Positions 46,901 through 62,479 of a DNA stretch of 64,000 nucleotides are shown piece after piece. Position 1 is the stretch's first letter; the number at the start of each line of letters is the position of its first letter. This stretch comes from the human T2T-CHM13v2.0 reference genome, Homo sapiens, in the NCBI RefSeq assembly GCF_009914755.1, contig NC_060937.1; one strand, written 5' to 3'. A model generated the notes under the pieces. That model searched no databases, was not told where the DNA came from, and saw only the letters and a program-made list of their open reading frames with translations. A program made the translations under genes and the position numbers.

Positions 46901-49600
46901 TGTACATAAAATATCAAAGTATACCAAATATATATTCTATACTGTACATAAAATATCAAGGTACCCAAACTATACATTATATACTGTACATAAGATATGA
47001 AATTACATCAAATATATATTATATTAGGTACATAAAATATGAAAGTACATCAAATATAGATTATATACTGTACATAAAATATCAAAGTACCCAAATATAT
47101 ATCATATACTGTACATGAAATATCAAAGTTCACAAACTATATATTATATACTGTACATAAAATATCAAAGTACCCAAACTATACATTATATACTGTACAT
47201 AAAATATGAAATTACATCAAATATATATTTTATTAGGTATGTAAAATATGAAAGTACATCAAATATAGATTATATACTGTACATAAAATACCAAAGTACC
47301 CCAAATATATATTTTATACTGTACATGAAATATCAAAGTTCTCAAAGTATATATTATATAGTGCACATAAAATATCAAAGTACCCAAGGTATATATTCCA
47401 TACTGTACAAAAATTATCAAAGTACCCAAAGCATATATTATATGCTGTACATAAAATATGAAAGTACATCAAATATATATTTTATCCTGTACATAAAATA
47501 TCAAAGTACACCAAATATATATTCTATACTGTACATAAAATATCAAGGTACCCAAACTATACATTATATACTGTACATAAGATATGAAATTACATCAAAT
47601 ATATATTATATTAGGTACATAAAATATGAAAGTACATCAAATATAGATTATATACTGTACATAAAATATCAAAGTACCCAAATATATATCATATACTGTA
47701 CATGAAATATCAAAGTTCACAAACTATATATTATATACTGTACATAAAATATCAAAGTACCCAAACTATACATTATATACTGTACATAAAATCTGAAATT
47801 ACATCAAATATATATTATATTAGGTATGTAAAATATGAAAGTACATCAAATATAGATTATATACTGTACATAAAATACCAAAGTACCCCAAATATATATT
47901 TTATACTGTACATGAAATATCAAAGTTCTCAAACTATATATTATATACTGCACATAAAATATCAAAGTACCCAAGGTATATATTCCATACTGTACAAAAA
48001 ATATCAAAGTACCCAAAGCATATATTATATGCTGTACATAAAATATGAAAGTACATCAAATATATATTTTATTCTGTACATAAAATATCAAAGTACACCA
48101 AATATATATTCTATACTGTACATAAAATATCAACGTACCCAAACTATACATTTTATACTGTACATAAAATATGAAATTATATCAAATATATATTATATTA
48201 GGTACATAAAATATGAAAGTACATCAAATATAGATTATACACTGTACATAAAATATCAAAGTACCCAAATATATATCATATACTGTACATGAAATATCAA
48301 AGTTCACAAACTATATATTATATACTGTACATAAAATATCAAAGTACCCAAACTATACATTATATACTGAACATAAAAGATGAAATTACATAAAATATAT
48401 ATTATATTAGGTATGTAAAATATGAGAGTACATCAAATATAGATTATATACTGTACATAAAATACCAAAGTACCCCAAATATATATTTTATACTGTACAT
48501 GAAATATCAAAGTTCTCAAACTATATATTATATACTGCACATAAAATATCAAAGTACCCAAGGTATATATTCCATACTGTACAAAAAATATCAAAGTACC
48601 CAAAGCATATATTATATGCTGTACATAAAATATGAAAGTACATCAAATATATATTTTATTCTGTACATAAAATATCAAAGTACACCAAATATATATTCTA
48701 TACTGTACATAAAATATCAACGTACCCAAACTATACATTATATACTGTACATAAAATATGAAATTACATCAAATATATATTATATTAGGTACATAAAATA
48801 TGAAAGTACATCAAATATAGATTATATACTGTACATAAAATATCAAAGTACCCAAATATATATCATATACTGTACATGAAATATCAAAGTTCACAAACTA
48901 TATATTATATACTGTACATAAAATATCAAAGTACCCAAACTATACATTATATACTGTAAATAAAATATGAAATTACATCAAATATATATTTTATTAGGTA
49001 TGTAAAATATGAAAGTACATCAAATATAGATTATAGACTGTACATAAAATACCAAAGTACCCCAAATATATATTTTATACTGTACATGAAATATCAAAGT
49101 TCTCAAACTATATATTATATACTGCACATAAAATATCAAAGTACCCAAGGTATATATTCCATACTGTACAAAAAATATCAAAGTACCCAAAGCATATATT
49201 ATATGCTGTACATAAAATATGAAAGTACATCAAATATATATTTTATTCTGTTCATAAAATATCAAAGTACACCAAATATATATTCTATACTGTACATAAA
49301 ATATCAAGGTACCCAAACTATACATTATATACTGTACATAAAATATGAAATTACATCAAATATATATTATATTAGGTACATAAAATATGAAAGTACATCA
49401 AATATAGATTCTATACTCTACATAAAATTTCAAAGTACCCAAATATATATCATATACTGTACATGAAATATGAAAGTTCACAAACTATATATTATATACT
49501 GTACATAAAATATCAAAGTACCCAAACTATACATTATATACTGTACATAAAATATGAAATTACATCAAATATATATTATATTAGGTATGTAAAATATGAA
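40941..49600. repeat. 587-bp 14-mer variant HOR array, copy 1 (14 full units plus partial flanks)
   Basis: Unit starts at 41245, 41832, 42419, 43006, 43593, 44180, 44767, 45354, 45941, 46528, 47115, 47702, 48289, 48876 and 49463 (exact 587-bp spacing). Monomer order m4-5-6-7'-8-4-5-6-7-8-9-1-2-3, with a 1-bp deletion in m7'. Diagnostic variants 'aggtatgtaa', 'agttctcaa', 'tgcacat', 'ttccatac', 'gcatatattatatgc' and 'caaggtaccc'. Confidence 0.95.
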
Positions 49601-52600
49601 AGTACATCAAATATAAATTATATACTGTACATAAAATACCAAAGTACCCCAAATATATAGTATATGCTGTACATGCAATATCAAAGTTCACAAACTATAT
49701 ATTATATATTGTACATAAAATATCAAAGTACCCAAGGTATATATTCTATACTGTACAAAAAATATCAAAGTACCCAAAACATGTATTATATACTGTACAT
49801 AAAATATGAAAGTACATCAAATATATATTTTATTCTGTACATAAAATATCAAAGTACACCAAATATATATTCTATAGTGTACATAAAATATCAAAGTACC
49901 CAAACTATACATTATAAACTGTACATAAAATATGAAATTACATCAAATATATATTATATTAGGTACATAAAATATGAAAGTACATGAAATATATATTATA
50001 TACTGTACATAAAATACCAAAGTACCCCAAATACATATTATATACTGTACATGAAATATCAAAGTTCACAAACTATATATTATATACTATACATAAAATA
50101 ACAAAGTACCGAAGGTATATATTCTATACTGTACAAAAAATATCAAAGTACCCAAAGCATGTATTATATACTGTACATAAAATATGAAAGTATATGAAAT
50201 ATATATTTTATTCTGTACATAAAATATCAAATTACACAAAATATATATTCTATAGTGTACATAAAATATCAAAGTACCCAAACTATACATTATATACTGT
50301 ACAAAAAATATGAAATTACATCAAATATATATTATATTAGGTACATAAAATATGAAAGTACATCAAATATAGATTATATACTGTACATAAAATACGAAAG
50401 AACCCCAAATATATATTATATACTGTACATGAAATATCAAAGTTCACAAACTATATATTATATACTGTACATAAAATATAAAAGTGCCCAAGGTATATAT
50501 TCTATACTGTACAAAAAATATCAAAGTACCCAAAACATGTACTATATACTGTACATAAAATATGAAAGTACATCAAATATATATTTTATTCTGTACATAA
50601 AATATCAAAGTACACCAAATATATATTCTATAGTGTACATAAAATATCAAAATACCCAAACTATACATTATATACTGTACATAAAATATGAAATTACATC
50701 AAATATATATTATATTAGGTACCTAAAATATGAAAGTACATCAAATATAAATTATATACTGTACATAAAATAACAAAGAAACCCAAATATATATTATATA
50801 CTGTACATGAAATATCAAAGTTCACAAACTATATATTATATACTGTACATAAAATATCAAAGTACCCAAGGTATATATTCCATACTCTACAAAAAATATC
50901 AAAGTACCCAAAGCATGTATTATATACTGTTCATAAAATATGAAAGTACATCAAATATATATTTTATTCTGTACATAAAATATCAAAGTACACTAAATAT
51001 ATATTCTATAGTGTACATAAAATATCAAAGTACCCAAACTATACATTATATACTGTACATAAAATATGAAATTACATCAAATATATATTATATTAGGTAC
51101 ATAAAATATGAAAGTACATCAAATATAAATTATATACTGTACATAAAATATCAAAGTACCTCAAATATATATTATATACTGAACATGAAATATCAAAGTT
51201 CACAAACTATATATTATATACTGTACATAAAATATCAAAATACCCCAGGTATATATTCTATACTGTACAAAAAATATAAAAGTACCCAAAACATGTATTA
51301 TATACTGTACATAAAATATGAAAGTACATCAAATATATATTTTATCCTGTACATAAAATATCAAAGTACACCAAATATATATTCTATAGTGTACATAAAA
51401 TATCAAATTACCCAAACTATACATTATATACTGTACATAAAATATGAAATTACATCAAATATATATTATATTAGGTACATAAAATATGAAAGTACATCAA
51501 ATATAAATTATATACTGTACATAAAATATCAAAGTACCTCAAATATATATTATATACTGTACATGAAATATCAAAGTTCACAAACTATATATTATATACT
51601 GTACATAAAATATCAAAGTACCCAAGGTATATATTCTATACTGTACAAAAAATATAAAAGCACCCAAAACATGTATTATATACTGTACATAAAATATGAA
51701 AGTACATCATATATATATTTTATTCTGTAAATAAAATATCAAAGTACACCAAATATATATTCTATAGTGTACATAAAATATCAAAGTACCCAAACTATAC
51801 ATTATATACTGTACATAAAATATGAAATTACATCAAATATATATTATATTAGGTACATAAAATATGAAAGTACATCAAATATAGATTATATACTGTACAT
51901 AAAATATCAAAGTACCCCAAATAAATATTTTATACTGTACATGCAATATCAAAGTTCACAAACTATATATTATATACTGTACATAAAATATCAAAGTACC
52001 GAAGGTATATATTCTATACTGTACAAAAAATATCAAAGTACCCAAAGCATGTATTATATACTGTACATAAAATATGAAAGTACATCAAATATATATTTTA
52101 TTCTGTACATAAAATATCAAAGTACACCAAATATATATTCTATAGTGTACATAAGATATAAAAGTACCCAAACTATATATTATATACTGTACATAAAATA
52201 TGAAATTACATCAAAAATATATTATATTAGGTACATAAAATATGAAAGTACATCAAATATAAATTATATACAGTACTTAAAAAATCAAAGTACCCCAAAT
52301 ATATATTATATACTGTACATGAAATATCAAAGTCCACAAACTATATATAATATATTGTACATAAAATATCAAAGTACCCAAGGTATATATTCTATACTGT
52401 ACAAAAAATATCAAAGTACCCAAAGCATGTATTATATAGTGTATATAAAATATGAAAGTACATCAAATATATATTTAATTTTGTACATAAAATATCAAAG
52501 TACACCAAATATATATTCTATACTGTACATAAAATATCAAAGTACCCAAACTATACATTATATACTGTACATAAAATATGAAATTACATCAAATATATAT

Positions 52601-55600
52601 TATATTAGGTACATAAAATATGAAAGTACATCAAATATAGATTATATACTGTACATAAAATACCAAAGAACCCCAAATATATATTATATACTGTACATGA
52701 AATATGAAAGTTCCCAAACTATATATTATATACTGTACATAAAATATCAAAGTACCCAAGGTATATATTCTATACTGTACAAAAAATATCAAAGTACGCA
52801 AAGCATGTATTATATACTGTTAATAAAAAATGAAAGTACATCAAATATATATTTTATTCTGTACATAAAATATCAAAGTACACCAAATATATATTCTATA
52901 GTGTACATAAAATATCAAAATACCCAAACTATACATTATATACTGTACATAAAATATGAAATTACATCAAATATATATTATAATAGGTACATAAAATATG
53001 AAAGTACATCAAATATAAATTATATACTGTACATAAAATACCAAAGAACCCCAAATATATATTATATACTGTACATGAAATATCAAAGTTCACAAAGTAT
53101 ATATTATATACTGTATATAAAATATCAAAGTACCCAAGGTATATATTCTATACTGTACAAAAAATATCAAAGTACCCAAAGCATGTATTATATACTGTTC
53201 ATAAAATATGAAAGTACATCAAATATATAATTTATTCTGTACATAAAATATCAAAGTACACCAAATATATATTCTATAGTGTACATTAAATATCAAACTA
53301 CCCAAACTATACATTATATACTGTACATAAAATATGAAATTACATCAAATATATATTATATTAGGTACATAAAATATGAAAGTACATCAAATATAGATTA
53401 TAAACTGTACATAAAATAACAAAGAACCCCAAATATATATTGTATACTGTACATGAAATATCAAAGTTCACAAACTATATATTATATACTGTACATAAAA
53501 TATCAAAGTACCCAAGGTATATATTCTATACTGTATAAAAAATATCTAAGTACCCAAGGCATGTATTATATACTGTTCATAAAATATGAAAGTACATCAA
53601 ACATATATTTTATTCTGTACATAAAATATCAAGGTTCACTAAATATATATTCTATAGTGTACATAAAATATCAAACTACCCAAACTATACATTATATACT
53701 GTACATAAAATATGAAATTACATCAAATATATATTATATTAGGTACATAAAATATGAAAGTACATCAAATACATATTATATACTGTACATAAAATACCAA
53801 ATTACCCCAAATACATATTATATACTGTACATGAAATATCAAAGTTCACAAACTATATATTATATACTGTACATAAAATATCAAAGTACCCAAGGTATAT
53901 ATTCTATACTGTACAAAAAATATCAAAGTACGCAAAGCATGTATTATATAGTGTACATAAAATATGAAAGTACATCAAATATATATTTTATTCTGTACAT
54001 AAAATATCAAAGTACACCAAATATATATTCTATAGTGTACATAAAATATCAAAGTACCCAAACTATACATTATATACTGTACATAAAACATGAAATTACA
54101 TCCAATATATATTATATTAGGTACATAAAATATGAAAGTACATCAAATATAAATTATATACTGTACATAAAATACCAAAGTACCCCAAATATATATTATA
54201 TACAGTACATGAAATATCAAAGTTCACAAACTATATATTATATACTGTACATAAAATATCAAAGTACACAAGGTATATATTCCATACTGTACAAAAAATA
54301 TCAAAGTACCCAAAGCATGTATTATATACTGTTCAAAAAATATGAAATTACATCAAATATATATTTTATTCTGTACATAAAATACCAAAGTACACCAAAT
54401 ATATATTCTATAGTGTACATAAAATATCAAATTACCCAAACTATACATTATATACTGTACATAAAATATGAAATTACATCAAAAATATATTATATTAGGT
54501 ACATAAAATATGAAAGTACATCAAATATAAATTATATACAGTACATAAAATATCAAAGTACCCCAAATATATATTATATACTGTACATGAAATATCAAAG
54601 TCCACAAACTATATATTATATACTGTACATAAAATATCAAAGTACCCAAGGTATATATTCTATACTCTACAAAAAATATCAAAGTACCCAAAGCATGTAT
54701 TATATACGGTACATAAAATATGAAAGTACATCAAATATATATTTAATTCTGTACATAAAATATCAAAGTACACCAAATATATATTCTATAGTGTACATAA
54801 AATATCAAAGTACCCAAACTATACATTATATACTGTACATAAAATATGAAATTACATCAAATATATATTATATTAGGTACATAAAATATGAAAGTACATC
54901 AAATATAGATTATATACTGTACATAAAATACCAAAGAACCCCAAATATATATTATATACTGTACATGAAATATCAAAGTTCACAAACTATATATTATATA
55001 CTGTACATAAAATATCAAAGTACCCAAGGTATATATTCTATACTGTACAAAAAATATCAAAGTACCCAAAGCATGTATTATATACTGTTAATAAAATATG
55101 AAAGTACATCAAATATATATTTTATTCTGTACATAAAATATCAAAGTACACCAAATATATATTCTATAGTGTACATAAAATATCAAATTACCGAAACTAT
55201 GCATTATATACTGTACATAAACTATGAAATTACATCAAATATATATTATATTAGGTACATAAAATATGAAAGTACATCAAATATAGATTGTATACTGTGC
55301 ATAGAATACCAAAGTACCCCAAATACATATTGCATACTGTACATGAAATATCAAAGTTCACAAACTATATTTTATATACTGTACATAAAATATCAAAGTA
55401 CCCAAGGTATATATTCTATACTGTACAAAAAATATCAAAGTACCCAAAGCAAGTATTATATACTGTACATAAAATATGAAAGTACATCAAATGTGTATTT
55501 TATTCTGTACATATATCAAAGTACACCAAATATATATTCTATAGTGTACATAAAATATCAAAGTACCCAAACTATACATTATATACTGTACATAAAATAT

Positions 55601-56176
55601 GAAATTACATCAAATATATACTATATTATGTACAAAAAATATGAAAGTACATCAAATATAGATTATATACTGTACATAAAATACCAAAGTACCCCAAATA
55701 AATATTTTATACTGTACATGCAATATCAAAGTTCACAAACTATATATTATATACTGTACATAAAATATCAAAGTACCGAAGGTATATATTCTATACTGTA
55801 CAAAAAATATCAAAGTACCCAAAGCATGTATTATATACTGTACATAAAATATGAAAGTACATCAAATATATATTTTATTCTGTACATAAAATATCAAAGT
55901 ACACCAAATATATATTCTATAGTGTACATAAAATATCAAAGTACCCAAACCATACATTATATACTGTACATAAAATATGAAATTACATCAAATATATATA
56001 ATATTAGGTACATAAAATATGAAAGTACATCAAATATAGATTATGTAGTGTACATAAAATACCAAAGTACCCCAAATATATATTATATACTGTACATGAA
56101 ATATCAAAGTTCACAAACTATATATTATATACTGTACATAAAATATCAAGGTACCCAAGTTATATATTCTATACTC
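49601..56176. repeat. 378-bp 9-mer domain, heterogeneous, between the two 14-mer blocks
   Basis: The canonical m1-m9 order returns, with many private substitutions and none of the 14-mer marker set as a package. Confidence 0.9.
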
Positions 56177-59100
56177 TACAAAAAATATCAAAGTACCCAA
56201 AGCATATATTATATGCTGTACATAAAATATGAAAGTACATCAAATATATATGTTATTCTGTACATAAAATATCAAAGTACACCAAATATATATTCTATAC
56301 TGTACATAAAATATCAAGGTACCTAAACTATACATTACATACTGTACATAAAATATGAAATTACATCAAATATATATTATATTAGGTACATAAAATATGA
56401 AAGTACATCAAATATAGATTCTATACTGTACATAAAATATCAAAGTACCCAAATATATATCAGATACTGTACATGAAATATCAAAGTTCACAAACTATAT
56501 ATTATATACTGTACATAAAATATCAAAGTACCCAAACTATACATTATATACTGTACATAAAATATGAAATTACATCAAATATATATTATATTAGGTATGT
56601 AAAATATGAAAGTACATCAAATATAGATTATATACTGTACATAAAATACCAAAGTACCCCAAATATATATTTTATGCTGTACATGAAATATCAAAGTTCT
56701 CAAACTATATATTATATACTGCACATAAAATATCAAAGTACCCAAGCTATATATTCCATACTGTACAAAAAATATCAAAGTACCCAAAGCATATATTATA
56801 TGCTGTCCATAAAATATGAAAGTATATCAAATATATATTTTATTCTGTACATAAAATATCAAAGTACACCAAATATATATTCTATACTATACATAAAATA
56901 TCAAGGTACCCAAACTATACATTATATACTGTACATAAGATATGAAATTACATCAAATATACATTATATTAGGTACATAAAATATGAAAGTACATCAAAT
57001 ATAGATTATATACTGTACATAAAATCTCAAAGTACCCAAATATATATCATATACTGTACATGAAATATCAAAGTTCACAAACTATATATTATATACTGTA
57101 CATAAAATATCAAAGTACCCAAACTATACATTATATACTGTACATAAAATATGAAATTACATCAAATATATATTTTATTAGGTATGTAAAATATGAAAGT
57201 ACATCAAATATAGATATATACTGTACATAAAATACCAAAGTACCACAAATATATATTTTATACTGTACATGAAATATCAAAGTTCTCAAACTATATATTA
57301 TATACTGCACATAAAATATCAAAGTACCCAAGGTATATATTCCATACTGTACAAAAAATATCAAAGTACCCAAAGCATATATTATATGCTGTACATAAAA
57401 TATGAAAGTACATGAAATATATATTTTATTCTCTACATAAAATATCAAAGTACACCAAATATATATTCTATACTGTACATAAAATATCAAGGTACCCAAA
57501 CTATACATTATATACTGTACATAAAATATGAAATTACATCAAATATATATTATATTAGGTACATAAAATATGAAAGTACATCAAATATAGATTATATACT
57601 GTACAAAAAATATCAAAGTACCCAAATATATACCATATACTGTACATGAAATATCAAAGTTCACAAACTATATATTATATACTGTACATAAAATATCAAA
57701 GTACCCAAACTATACATTATATACTGTACATAAAATATGAAATTACATCAAATATATATTTTATTAGGTATGTAAAATATGAAAGTACATCAAATATAGA
57801 TTATATACTGTACATAAAATACCAAAGTACCCCAAATATATATTTTATACTGTACATGAAATATCAAAGTTCTCAAACTATATATTATATAGTGCACATA
57901 AAATATCAAAGTACCCAAGGTATATATTCCATACTGTACAAAAATTATCAAAGTACCCAAAGCATATATTATATGCTGTACATAAAATATGAAAGTACAT
58001 GAAATATATATTTTATTCTGTACATAAAATATCAAAGTACACCAAATATATATTCTATACTGTACATAAAATATCAAGGTACCCAAACTATACATTATAT
58101 ACTGTACATAAGATATGAAATTACATCAAATATATATTATATTAGGTACATAAAATATGAAAGTACATCAAATATAGATTATATACTGTACATAAAATCT
58201 CAAAGTACCCAAATATATATCATATACTGTACATGAAATATCAAAGTTCACAAACTATATATTATATACTGTACATAAAATATCAAAGTACCCAAACTAT
58301 ACATTATATACTGTACATAAAATATGAAATTACATCAAATATATATTTTATTAGGTATGTAAAATATGAAAGTACATCAAATATAGATTATATACTGTAC
58401 ATAAAATACCAAAGTACCCCAAATATATATTTTATACTGTACATGAAATATCAAAGTTCTCAAAGTATATATTATATAGTGCACATAAAATATCAAAGTA
58501 CCCAAGGTATATATTCCATACTGTACAAAAATTATCAAAGTACCCAAAGCATATATTATATGCTGTACATAAAATATGAAAGTACATCAAATATATATTT
58601 TATTCTGTACATAAAATATCAAAGTACACCAAATATATATTCTATACTGTACATAAAATATCAAGGTACCCAAACTATACATTATATACTGTACATAAGA
58701 TATGAAATTACATCAAATATATATTATATTAGGTACATAAAATATGAAAGTACATCAAATATAGATTATATACTGTACATAAAATATCAAAGTACCCAAA
58801 TATATATCATATACTGTACATGAAATATCAAAGTTCACAAACTATATATTATATACTGTACATAAAATATCAAAGTACCCAAACTATACATTATATACTG
58901 TACATAAAATATGAAATTACATCAAATATATATTATATTAGGTATGTAAAATATGAAAGTACATCAAATATAGATTATATACTGTACATAAAATACCAAA
59001 GTACCCCAAATATATATTTTATACTGTACATGAAATATCAAAGTTCTCAAACTATATATTATATACTGCACATAAAATATCAAAGTACCCAAGGTATATA

Positions 59101-62100
59101 TTCCATACTGTACAAAAAATATCAAAGTACCCAAAGCATATATTATATGCTGTACATAAAATATGAAAGTACATGAAATATATATTTTATTCTGTACATA
59201 AAATATCAAAGTACACCAAATATATATTCTATACTGTACATAAAATATCAACGTACCCAAACTATACATTATATACTGTACATAAAATATGAAATTACAT
59301 CAAATATATATTATATTAGGTACATAAAATATGAAAGTACATCAAATATAGATTATATACTGTACATAAAATCTCAAAGTACCCAAATATATATCATATA
59401 CTGTACATGAAATATCAAAGTTCACAAACTATATATTATATACTGTACATAAAATATCAAAGTACCCAAACTATACATTATATACTGTACATAAAATATG
59501 AAATTACATCAAATATATATTTTATTAGGTATGTAAAATATGAAAGTACATCAAATATAGATTATATACTGTACATAAAATACCAAAGTACCCCAAATAT
59601 ATATTTTATACTGTACATGAAATATCAAAGTTCTCAAAGTATATATTATATAGTGCACATAAAATATCAAAGTACCCAAGGTATATATTCCATACTGTAC
59701 AAAAATTATCAAAGTACCCAAAGCATATATTATATGCTGTACATAAAATATGAAAGTACATCAAATATATATTTTATTCTGTACATAAAATATCAAAGTA
59801 TACCAAATATATATTCTATACTGTACATAAAATATCAAGGTACCCAAACTATACATTATATACTGTACATAAGATATGAAATTACATCAAATATATATTA
59901 TATTAGGTACATAAAATATGAAAGTACATCAAATATAGATTATATACTGTACATAAAATATCAAAGTACCCAAATATATATCATATACTGTACATGAAAT
60001 ATCAAAGTTCACAAACTATATATTATATACTGTACATAAAATATCAAAGTACCCAAACTATACATTATATACTGTACATAAAATATGAAATTACATCAAA
60101 TATATATTTTATTAGGTATGTAAAATATGAAAGTACATCAAATATAGATTATATACTGTACATAAAATACCAAAGTACCCCAAATATATATTTTATACTG
60201 TACATGAAATATCAAAGTTCTCAAAGTATATATTATATAGTGCACATAAAATATCAAAGTACCCAAGGTATATATTCCATACTGTACAAAAATTATCAAA
60301 GTACCCAAAGCATATATTATATGCTGTACATAAAATATGAAAGTACATCAAATATATATTTTATCCTGTACATAAAATATCAAAGTACACCAAATATATA
60401 TTCTATACTGTACATAAAATATCAAGGTACCCAAACTATACATTATATACTGTACATAAGATATGAAATTACATCAAATATATATTATATTAGGTACATA
60501 AAATATGAAAGTACATCAAATATAGATTATATACTGTACATAAAATATCAAAGTACCCAAATATATATCATATACTGTACATGAAATATCAAAGTTCACA
60601 AACTATATATTATATACTGTACATAAAATATCAAAGTACCCAAACTATACATTATATACTGTACATAAAATCTGAAATTACATCAAATATATATTATATT
60701 AGGTATGTAAAATATGAAAGTACATCAAATATAGATTATATACTGTACATAAAATACCAAAGTACCCCAAATATATATTTTATACTGTACATGAAATATC
60801 AAAGTTCTCAAACTATATATTATATACTGCACATAAAATATCAAAGTACCCAAGGTATATATTCCATACTGTACAAAAAATATCAAAGTACCCAAAGCAT
60901 ATATTATATGCTGTACATAAAATATGAAAGTACATCAAATATATATTTTATTCTGTACATAAAATATCAAAGTACACCAAATATATATTCTATACTGTAC
61001 ATAAAATATCAACGTACCCAAACTATACATTTTATACTGTACATAAAATATGAAATTATATCAAATATATATTATATTAGGTACATAAAATATGAAAGTA
61101 CATCAAATATAGATTATACACTGTACATAAAATATCAAAGTACCCAAATATATATCATATACTGTACATGAAATATCAAAGTTCACAAACTATATATTAT
61201 ATACTGTACATAAAATATCAAAGTACCCAAACTATACATTATATACTGAACATAAAAGATGAAATTACATAAAATATATATTATATTAGGTATGTAAAAT
61301 ATGAGAGTACATCAAATATAGATTATATACTGTACATAAAATACCAAAGTACCCCAAATATATATTTTATACTGTACATGAAATATCAAAGTTCTCAAAC
61401 TATATATTATATACTGCACATAAAATATCAAAGTACCCAAGGTATATATTCCATACTGTACAAAAAATATCAAAGTACCCAAAGCATATATTATATGCTG
61501 TACATAAAATATGAAAGTACATCAAATATATATTTTATTCTGTACATAAAATATCAAAGTACACCAAATATATATTCTATACTGTACATAAAATATCAAC
61601 GTACCCAAACTATACATTATATACTGTACATAAAATATGAAATTACATCAAATATATATTATATTAGGTACATAAAATATGAAAGTACATCAAATATAGA
61701 TTATATACTGTACATAAAATATCAAAGTACCCAAATATATATCATATACTGTACATGAAATATCAAAGTTCACAAACTATATATTATATACTGTACATAA
61801 AATATCAAAGTACCCAAACTATACATTATATACTGTAAATAAAATATGAAATTACATTAAATATATATTTTATTAGGTATGTAAAATATGAAAGTACATC
61901 AAATATAGATTATAGACTGTACATAAAATACCAAAGTACCCCAAATATATATTTTATACTGTACATGAAATATCAAAGTTCTCAAACTATATATTATATA
62001 CTGCACATAAAATATCAAAGTACCCAAGGTATATATTCCATACTGTACAAAAAATATCAAAGTACCCAAAGCATATATTATATGCTGTACATAAAATATG

Positions 62101-62479
62101 AAAGTACATCAAATATATATTTTATTCTGTTCATAAAATATCAAAGTACACCAAATATATATTCTATACTGTACATAAAATATCAAGGTACCCAAACTAT
62201 ACATTATATACTGTACATAAAATATGAAATTACATCAAATATATATTATATTAGGTACATAAAATATGAAAGTACATCAAATATAGATTCTATACTCTAC
62301 ATAAAATTTCAAAGTACCCAAATATATATCATATACTGTACATGAAATATGAAAGTTCACAAACTATATATTATATACTGTACATAAAATATCAAAGTAC
62401 CCAAACTATACATTATATACTGTACATAAAATATGAAATTACATCAAATATATATTATATTAGGTATGTAAAATATGAA
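56177..62479. repeat. 587-bp 14-mer variant HOR array, copy 2 (10 full units plus partial flanks)
   Basis: Unit starts at 56473, 57060, 57646 (586 bp because of a 1-bp deletion near 57215), 58233, 58820, 59407, 59994, 60581, 61168, 61755 and 62342. Same unit-specific variants as copy 1. Confidence 0.95.

Noticed and set aside
55505-55520. 3-bp in-frame deletion as evidence of reading-frame selection
   Set aside because: It is a single event, outnumbered by 1-, 2- and 5-bp frameshifting indels (e.g. ~5175, 5731, 15620, 19731, 23083, 38447).
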